This document shows positions 1 through 6,087 of a stretch of DNA of 64,000 nucleotides, one piece after another. The stretch lies in IMG/VR virus record IMGVR_UViG_3300015207_000465, positions 39,410-103,409 of that record. One strand, 5' to 3'. Each line of letters opens with the position of its first letter. Position 1 is the stretch's first letter. Below the pieces are notes generated by a model. It made no database searches. It was not told the origin of the DNA and worked only from the letters and a program-made list of their open reading frames with translations. A program made the translations under genes and the position numbers. The stretch comes from a virus (Duplodnaviria > Caudoviricetes).

Positions 1-45
1 GTGGATTAAATTATTCGCTTTAACGTTGCATCGTAATCAAAAACC
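1..45 (+). promoter_or_regulatory. Repeated early promoter cassette (copy 1)
   Basis: GTGGATTAAATTATTCGCTTTAACGTTGCATCGTAATCAAAAAC closely matches copies at ~9960, ~13043 and ~40780 that contain the Bacteroidetes -33 TTTG / -7 TAnnTTTG consensus. Confidence 0.7.
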
Positions 46-62
46 TAATTAAAGTAAAAGAT

Positions 63-398
63 ATGAAACTTATAACAAAAGCACTTGAGAAGACCTTTGC
101 AAAGTATCCCCTGTACTCGCAGGATGGCAAAGGCAAGAACGCGGTAGTAATCGCAAAATTCTTTCTGCCGGGTAGCGGCTGGACTTGGTATGTAACCGAG
201 GCAGAAAAGATGGAGAATGGCGACTATTATTTCTTTGGCTATGTTGACGGCATAGAGGGCGAGCTTGGCTACTTTACCCTGTCACAGCTTCAAGAAGTGC
301 GCGGTCGCTTTGGATTGCGCGTTGAACGCGACATGTATTTCAACGTAGGCAAGACCACACTTGCAGAAGCCCTCAACGAGGTTGAATACGCAAAATAA
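63..398 (+). CDS. DUF2958-family protein
   Basis: KFFLP..WTWYVTE..FFGYVDG.EGELGYF.L..L..RFGL.VERD pattern typical of DUF2958. Confidence 0.75.
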   Translation: MKLITKALEKTFAKYPLYSQDGKGKNAVVIAKFFLPGSGWTWYVTEAEKMENGDYYFFGYVDGIEGELGYFTLSQLQEVRGRFGLRVERDMYFNVGKTTLAEALNEVEYAK

Positions 399-405
399 AA
401 TCATC

Positions 406-442
406 AAGGCGAGCCACGTCACAATCGGCATGGCTCGCCTTT
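406..442 (+). terminator. Stem-loop / putative terminator
   Basis: AAGGCGAGCCA...TGGCTCGCCTT inverted repeat after the DUF2958 gene. Confidence 0.5.
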
Positions 443-469
443 ACGTCACATAAAAAAAACACAAATACG

Positions 470-682
470 ATGAATGAATTTGATATGCAATACTTGGCTG
501 AATACGTCGCAGAAGTATCAAGCGAAATAGAAGCCACTGTTGAGGTTGCGGAATGGAATAATGCCTACCACATCACCATCAATGGCAGACACAAATACGC
601 AAGCGCAAACCGTCACGAAATTGAGGCGTATCTCGCTGGATACAAGAACGCAATCAAGGATTTTAAGAACAACCAAATATGA
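470..682 (+). CDS. Hypothetical protein
   Basis: ATG ORF with A-rich leader, 70 aa. Confidence 0.6.
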   Translation: MNEFDMQYLAEYVAEVSSEIEATVEVAEWNNAYHITINGRHKYASANRHEIEAYLAGYKNAIKDFKNNQI

Positions 683-798
683 GAACGATAGAATACAACA
701 GCTTTGAAGAAGCCGTAGCCGCAATGGTGGAATTTCTGAAACAAGGTATACGATGCAAAGGCGTAGGCTGGACAACCCTGCAAGTCTGGGATGATTGA
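679..798 (+). CDS. Small hypothetical protein (39 aa, MRTIEYNSF...QVWDD)
   Basis: ATGA overlap with the upstream stop; read by hand. Confidence 0.5.
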   Translation: MRTIEYNSFEEAVAAMVEFLKQGIRCKGVGWTTLQVWDD

Positions 799-813
799 TG
801 GAAGAAGCCCTAT

Positions 814-839
814 TTACGACTTTGTGTAATAGGTCGTAA
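814..839 (+). promoter_or_regulatory. TACGAC-N12-GTCGT palindrome (putative late-operon regulatory site, copy 1)
   Basis: TTACGAC-tttgtgtaatag-GTCGTAA; same arms and spacing at 20494 and 42424. Confidence 0.65.
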
Positions 840-900
840 GAGATAGATACCGAAATGTTTTATGATGCGAAATAAGACTTAATTTAGCGTCATAAAACAT

Positions 901-973
901 CGCGGGTTGGAGCAGTTGGAAGCTCGCCAGTTTAACTTGCTGGAGGTCGTGGGTTCGAGTCCTACACCCGCCA
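901..973 (+). tRNA. Initiator (fMet)-type tRNA body with AAC anticodon (predicted to read GTT)
   Basis: Full cloverleaf: acceptor CGCGGGT/ACCCGCC (C1:C72 mismatch), D stem GAGC/GCTC (A11:U24), anticodon stem CCAGT/GCTGG with loop TTAACTT (anticodon 934-936 AAC), T arm GTGGG-TTCGAGT-CCTAC, discriminator A; CCA not encoded. Confidence 0.9.
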
Positions 974-1004
974 CAAATAAAAATCACTTTTACAAACTTA
1001 ATCG

Positions 1005-1358
1005 ATGAAGAAGTTAAAACTACAAATCAATGCAGCACACTTTCAGGAAATACTTGAAGGAAACGCAAAGGTAGAAGAACGTTTCGTCTACCCCAACAAC
1101 GTAGACCGCTACGTGACTGAATCCGATAACCCGGATGGAACTGTTACCATCACTCCGATACCCTATGACTGCATTGAATTTTCATGTGGACGTAGTAAGA
1201 ACGCACGAAAAATGACCGTCGCAGTCAAGGAAGCGCAATTCATCGTCTTGACAGACGAGAATGGCGAAGACATGACCTATGAAGAAAACGGAGTCGAATA
1301 CGTGGTTTGCCAAGTATGGTACACACTTGGGAAAATATCAGATGTGGTTAATGCGTAG
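1005..1358 (+). CDS. ASCH/PUA-like domain protein
   Basis: N-terminal L.LQI...F.EILEG..KVEER pattern resembles ASCH. Confidence 0.55.
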   Translation: MKKLKLQINAAHFQEILEGNAKVEERFVYPNNVDRYVTESDNPDGTVTITPIPYDCIEFSCGRSKNARKMTVAVKEAQFIVLTDENGEDMTYEENGVEYVVCQVWYTLGKISDVVNA

Positions 1359-1399
1359 TGGTGTCAAGAAAAAAATAACCCCCTAAACATTATCTCACT

Positions 1400-1639
1400 A
1401 TGCCCAGACAAACTACAACCCAGAGAAACATCGCCCGCGCCGTTGGCGCGCAGCGATACAATGGCGGTGGCCGCTACGGTAGCGGTGGCGGCGGTCGCTA
1501 TGTAGGTGAACGCAGAAACGGAACGGCGACAAATAGCGGACGTCGCAATAGCCAACTTGGAACTCGCGAACAGAAACGCGCAGACCTCCGATACGCTTTT
1601 CGCGATGCTATTCGCGCTGCCGGCGGAACAACCGGCTAA
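1400..1639 (+). CDS. Small Arg/Gly-rich basic protein
   Basis: 79 aa, RYNGGGRYGSGGGGRY repeats, ends in Gly. Confidence 0.7.
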   Translation: MPRQTTTQRNIARAVGAQRYNGGGRYGSGGGGRYVGERRNGTATNSGRRNSQLGTREQKRADLRYAFRDAIRAAGGTTG

Positions 1640-1650
1640 CCGCGAGTCGC

Positions 1651-2427
1651 ATGAATAAGTTTGAAGAAACCATGCAAATAATTCGGAGTATCCGTCAAAA
1701 GACGGATACTGCCGTTTTATTTTATTCAGCCGGTGGAAAGGATGGCATCGCCTTGCTTGATATGCTTGCGCCGGTCTTTGAGAAAGTCATTTGCTATTAC
1801 ATGTGGCTTGTGCCGGGTCTTGACCATGTGAAGCCCTATCTGAAATGGGCGGTAACGAAATATCCCAACGTGGAAATAAGGCAGATTCAGCACTATCAAC
1901 GCGACTACTACGACCGCTATGGATTTTTTCAGCTTGGCGAGGGCAATCCCGACATCAAGCCGCGCAAAGTCGGCGAGGTGGAAGAGATGGTGCGCCAAGA
2001 AACAGGTATCAAGTGGGCGTTCAGCGGAATGAAAGGCGTTGACGGCTACATGAAACGTATGCGTCTGCTGACGTTCAGAAAAAGAAACGGAACATACCTC
2101 ACCGACAAGGGCATGGTCTACCCGTTGGCTGTCTGGACTAACAAGGAGGTGCTTCGCTACATTGAGATGCGGAATCTTATCAAGCCGTTTGTCTACAATC
2201 CCAAGGATGTAAGTCAAGGCTTCGGTGTGGATTTGCGCTCTTTACTTGTATTGCGACAACGATTCCCGCAGGACTACGAGCGCACCATCCGGGAATTTCC
2301 ATTTTGTGAAAAACTTATCTTCGACTATGAGAACGGCATACTGCCGCATGGTCAGGAAAAGGAGGTGCTTGAAATCATCAAACGCATAGAAACCGAATCA
2401 GAAATCGAATTAGAGAATGAAGCCTAA
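1651..2427 (+). CDS. PAPS-reductase-family (PP-loop adenylating) protein
   Basis: YSAGGKDG PP-loop, G.K..D...R and YPLAVWT motifs. Confidence 0.8.
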   Translation: MNKFEETMQIIRSIRQKTDTAVLFYSAGGKDGIALLDMLAPVFEKVICYYMWLVPGLDHVKPYLKWAVTKYPNVEIRQIQHYQRDYYDRYGFFQLGEGNPDIKPRKVGEVEEMVRQETGIKWAFSGMKGVDGYMKRMRLLTFRKRNGTYLTDKGMVYPLAVWTNKEVLRYIEMRNLIKPFVYNPKDVSQGFGVDLRSLLVLRQRFPQDYERTIREFPFCEKLIFDYENGILPHGQEKEVLEIIKRIETESEIELENEA

Positions 2428-3304
2428 CAAGATAAAACAAGCGGAACAGCGCACCGTCAAGCGAAGCGAAATCAATTTCGCTTCATACAACCCCCGCACC
2501 ATCAGCGACGATGCGCGTAAGAAGCTCAAGAAGAATTTGCAGTCAGTCGGCTTACTTGGCGGTGTCGTATGGAACGTGCGCACCGGCAATCTTGTATCCG
2601 GCCATCAAAAAGTCGCCATCATGGATGCCGTCAATCGTTACAACCCGGAAACGGGCGAGAACGATTATGAATTTCGTGTTGAGGTCGTAGACCTTGATTT
2701 GAAGACGGAAAAGGAGCAAAACCTCTTTATGAACAATAAGGCGGTGCAGGGTACATACGATGACGATATGCTGCGCTCCCTACTGTCGGAAATAGATTAC
2801 ACCAATGCCGGATTTGACGATGTTGATTTACAGCTTCTCGGTCTTGGCGATTTTGGCGACTACGACACCCTTAATCTGGGAATCGGCGACTTTGACACTG
2901 CCGGCGAATCGCAGAACGGCGACACAGGCACACCCCCCGGTCAGCCGGAAACAAAAGACTGGTCAAAGAACGATGTCGTTGGCGAGCGCGAAGACCTTGC
3001 CATACATGACGAAATGACAAAGGAAAGTGGCGAGAACCACAAACTTGACCGGTCGGCTGGCTTCTATGAAGATAGTGAGGCGAACCAGATTGCACGCCAC
3101 AACGAGGTGCAGAAAATCAAAGACCGCATCGCAAGTCAGAATGATGTTGACAAGGATGGCGGTATGCTGTCCTATGTTGTCATCAGCTTCAAGACACCGA
3201 GCGAAAAAGTCCGTTTCATGGAATCATACGGCTTCGACCCGATGGCGAAATACATCAACGGTGAAGAGTTCCAGAATAAGATTGAGTTCGGCGAAGACGA
3301 GTAA
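2417..3304 (+). CDS. ParB/Srx N-terminal domain protein
   Basis: A.YNPR.IS..A..KL...L...GLLG..VWN..TG.LVSGHQ motif. Confidence 0.8.
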   Translation: MKPNKIKQAEQRTVKRSEINFASYNPRTISDDARKKLKKNLQSVGLLGGVVWNVRTGNLVSGHQKVAIMDAVNRYNPETGENDYEFRVEVVDLDLKTEKEQNLFMNNKAVQGTYDDDMLRSLLSEIDYTNAGFDDVDLQLLGLGDFGDYDTLNLGIGDFDTAGESQNGDTGTPPGQPETKDWSKNDVVGEREDLAIHDEMTKESGENHKLDRSAGFYEDSEANQIARHNEVQKIKDRIASQNDVDKDGGMLSYVVISFKTPSEKVRFMESYGFDPMAKYINGEEFQNKIEFGEDE

Positions 3305-3388
3305 AGTTTAATTCTTTTCTTTAATAATTGCTTGCGTAATTAAAGAATTTTGTTTATCTTTGCACTCTAAATAAGCGCTATTAAAAAC

Positions 3389-3658
3389 ATGAGTAATATA
3401 GAAAATAACAATAATTACTGGGCATTGCGATGCAAACTTAATGATGCACATAAATTTGTGACGCCGGAAGAAGTTGCGCGTTTTCGTAAGGATTACGCAG
3501 ATGTTTTTAGGTCTTACAAAGACGAAAACGGCTTGCGGGTTTATACCGACGAAGAAGTCCAGTTTGAAGCATACGAATATTACGACGATAAGGAAATCGC
3601 TACATTTATTCACCAAGGTCAAACGCCAAAAGGGTTGGCCGATACTATGACGATGTAG
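3389..3658 (+). CDS. Hypothetical acidic protein in AT-rich cassette
   Basis: ATG ORF downstream of a TATCTTTG promoter motif (~3355). Confidence 0.65.
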   Translation: MSNIENNNNYWALRCKLNDAHKFVTPEEVARFRKDYADVFRSYKDENGLRVYTDEEVQFEAYEYYDDKEIATFIHQGQTPKGLADTMTM

Positions 3659-3659
3659 A

Positions 3660-4286
3660 GTTAAGAGGCCTAAGTTTAAAAAAAGTTTCAACGAAGAGTT
3701 GAATCGTAAGTTGTCGGATGGTGGAATAAAACATCATCCCGATGGTTTATATCCTGCTGGGGTGGGTGAATTCCATAAAGCAATTAAAATTGCTAAAAGA
3801 AATAATGGTAATGGGTGGATGGTAGAGAAAAAGGGCAGGGGAAGTTATTCCGGGCTACGCCTCTTTATGTCTAAAGATAAGAAGATGGGATTTGCCTTAG
3901 ATGGCGATAATATAGTGTCTGTCTTTAGCTGTAAGCCAAAAGGAAGTAATGCGATGGGTAAAATTATCCCATTTGCAGTAGCCATGGGTGGCAGAAGATT
4001 GGACTGTTTCGCAGGTGGTCTTCAAAATCTTTATGCCAAGTATGGTGCGCGTCCAACAGGAAAAACACATTTCGACGAGCGATATGCGCCTCCCGGGTGG
4101 GATGGAAAGTCTCATCATCCAATTGTAGCGATGAGATTGCCAAACTCCCTTGAAAAATTGATTAAGGCTTACAACCCAAGACAAAAAGTCAGCCTTAACG
4201 GGGTGCGGTATTATTCTTCGTATAATGACATGGAAAATTCAGCGAGAAAGCGTGGTGCAAGGAATAATATTAAACAAAGCTCTTAG
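3660..4286 (+). CDS. Basic hypothetical protein with GNAT-like segment; probable GTT start
   Basis: Frame opens at GA-GTT-AA one base after the upstream TAG; first ATG is codon 54; VSVFS...GG.RLDCF...L..LY..YG resembles GNAT-like folds. Confidence 0.6.
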   Translation, partial: VKRPKFKKSFNEELNRKLSDGGIKHHPDGLYPAGVGEFHKAIKIAKRNNGNGWMVEKKGRGSYSGLRLFMSKDKKMGFALDGDNIVSVFSCKPKGSNAMGKIIPFAVAMGGRRLDCFAGGLQNLYAKYGARPTGKTHFDERYAPPGWDGKSHHPIVAMRLPNSLEKLIKAYNPRQKVSLNGVRYYSSYNDMENSARKRGARNNIKQSS

Positions 4287-4332
4287 AGGCGCACTTGGCG
4301 GTGGAAAATAACTAACCTACACAAATACGATT

Positions 4333-4926
4333 ATGGCAAAGATTGACGAACTTATCCCATTCATCCTTTACTTTGAAGCCGGCGTAAACGCGAAGTGCAT
4401 GAGCCTGCCCCCGGAGCAGATATTTGCACAGGCACGGAAGACCGGCTTTGCGAATGACCCTGACGATGCCGGCGGCGCAACGATGTGCGGCATCACGATT
4501 GAAACCTACAAGGCATATTGTCGGAAAAAAGGCTATCCCGTGCCGACGGTCGCAAGACTGAAAACTATCAGTTATGAGCAGTGGCGCGACGTGCTGAAAA
4601 CGCTTTACTGGGATAGATGGAAAGCCGACGAAATCAGCAGCCAAGCCATCGCGAACAATCTCGTTGATTGGGTATGGGCGAGCGGTGTTCACGGCATCAA
4701 GATACCGCAGCGCATACTGGGCGTAACGCAAGACGGAATTGTCGGCCCGAAAACGCTGGCGGCTGTCAATGCGGCAAACGAGGCGCAGTTGTTCACGGCT
4801 ATCCACGAAGCCCGTATCAGTTTTGTTGACGGCATCGTGCGCAGAAAGCCGAGTCAGAAGAAATTCATCAAAGGCTGGAAACGGCGCATCAACGCTATCA
4901 CCTTATCCGGTCTGAAATTCACTTAA
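4333..4926 (+). CDS. Endolysin, glycoside hydrolase family 108 with peptidoglycan-binding C-terminus
   Basis: E...GFANDPDDAGGATMCGIT, DGIVGPKTL and F.KGW.RR motifs. Confidence 0.9.
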   Translation: MAKIDELIPFILYFEAGVNAKCMSLPPEQIFAQARKTGFANDPDDAGGATMCGITIETYKAYCRKKGYPVPTVARLKTISYEQWRDVLKTLYWDRWKADEISSQAIANNLVDWVWASGVHGIKIPQRILGVTQDGIVGPKTLAAVNAANEAQLFTAIHEARISFVDGIVRRKPSQKKFIKGWKRRINAITLSGLKFT

Positions 4927-4953
4927 CCCTATAAACGAAGAAAGGAGGTCACA

Positions 4954-5013
4954 ATGAAATCACGCAAATCATGCGGCGGCAAGAAGAAGCCCGGCAAGGG
5001 TGGTAAATGCTGA
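4954..5013 (+). CDS. Putative 19-aa K/G/C-rich peptide (MKSRKSCGGKKKPGKGGKC)
   Basis: Preceded by AAGGAGGT and followed by a stem-loop. Confidence 0.4.
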   Translation: MKSRKSCGGKKKPGKGGKC

Positions 5014-5091
5014 CAACGAAACGAAGATAAAGGTCAGTCGGAAAATTACACAATCCCCGGCTGACCATAAACCCTTAAAAAGCAAAGCAGA

Positions 5092-5292
5092 GTTAGACGC
5101 AGGAAAACAAGAGAACAAATAGAAGCCCAAGCATCGCGCCTCAGTGAAGCTAATTGGCGCAGGCGTAATGTGTGGGAAAGCGGCACCGCATCCCGTAGGG
5201 CAAAAGAGTCACGCGACCGATTGATAGATAAAGCCGAGAAGCGTGCTTTAGTTCAAAACGGATTAAGAATGGCGACCGGGGGGGGCAAATAG
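5092..5292 (+). CDS. Small Arg-rich basic protein (66 aa) with probable GTT start; absent from ORF track
   Basis: A-rich leader then GA-GTT-AG; reads (V)RRRKTREQIEAQASRLSEANWRRR...MATGGGK; the only ATG is near the end. Confidence 0.65.
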   Translation, partial: VRRRKTREQIEAQASRLSEANWRRRNVWESGTASRRAKESRDRLIDKAEKRALVQNGLRMATGGGK

Positions 5293-5311
5293 CACACTCC
5301 GTTCAAGGATA

Positions 5312-5381
5312 TGCGTGTTAGAGAAGCGGTCATCTCGCCGTCATCAGACGGAAATCGCAAGTTCGACTCTTGCACACGCAG
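5312..5381 (+). ncRNA. tRNA-like RNA with collapsed (4-nt) anticodon loop
   Basis: TGCGTGT/ACACGCA acceptor, GAGA/TCTC D stem, CCGTC-ATCA-GACGG arm, GCAAG-TTCGACT-CTTGC T arm. Confidence 0.75.
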
Positions 5382-5415
5382 CATAGAAAAATAACGGAAT
5401 TTCATTATCACGACA

Positions 5416-6087
5416 ATGCCGAAGAAGCGAATTAGCAACAAGACACCGCGCAAGCCCAAGGCAACACCCTCGTTTGACTACGAGAGTGAGGAATTTCTGT
5501 CGCGCATTGATGCACTTGCTTTTGAGGGCTTTTACAATACGGAAATCGCTGACGAATTGAACATTAGCCGATACGAATTGGAAATGGCGATAAGTCAGTG
5601 CGAAAAATTGCGCAACACGATAGCGTCTGCCCGCGAGCGTGCGCGTGCGCAAGGCGCGGAAATGCCATCACCCGCTATGTTCGCAAAGGTCTGGGCTGAA
5701 TGTAACGGAAAGCGCACCCTACTGATGAAAAAGTTCGGAATTGGCTGGACTAAACTGCAATCGTGGTTGGCGCAAGAGCCGATATTCGTAGATATAATGG
5801 CGGAACGCGACCTTGAATTTCTTGAGCAGATTGATGTCGCCAGCCGCATCCTTGCATTGGGCGGTGTGAAAGGAAAGGACAACTTTGCGGGATGGAGTCG
5901 CTACCCCGACAGTTGGATGATGCGCTATCATCTGAATACACTCGGAAGACGATACGGCTATGGCGAGAATCCTATCCAACAGGAAGCCGAAGACACCGAC
6001 ATTCCGAAGAATATTGAACAAGGAATCGATATTGAAAGCTGGATTAAGCAGGAAGTGGAACAAAAGAAGCGTGATACGGAACAATGA
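5416..6087 (+). CDS. Probable terminase small subunit
   Basis: HTH-like segment (EIADELNISR); ATGA overlap with the large terminase. Confidence 0.65.
   Translation: MPKKRISNKTPRKPKATPSFDYESEEFLSRIDALAFEGFYNTEIADELNISRYELEMAISQCEKLRNTIASARERARAQGAEMPSPAMFAKVWAECNGKRTLLMKKFGIGWTKLQSWLAQEPIFVDIMAERDLEFLEQIDVASRILALGGVKGKDNFAGWSRYPDSWMMRYHLNTLGRRYGYGENPIQQEAEDTDIPKNIEQGIDIESWIKQEVEQKKRDTEQ

Noticed and set aside
901-973. Reading the tRNA as an ordinary elongator tRNA-Val, tRNA-Leu(TAA) or an ochre suppressor
   Set aside because: The stem register places AAC at 34-36, and the unpaired 1:72 and A11:U24 are initiator features that disfavour EF-Tu use.
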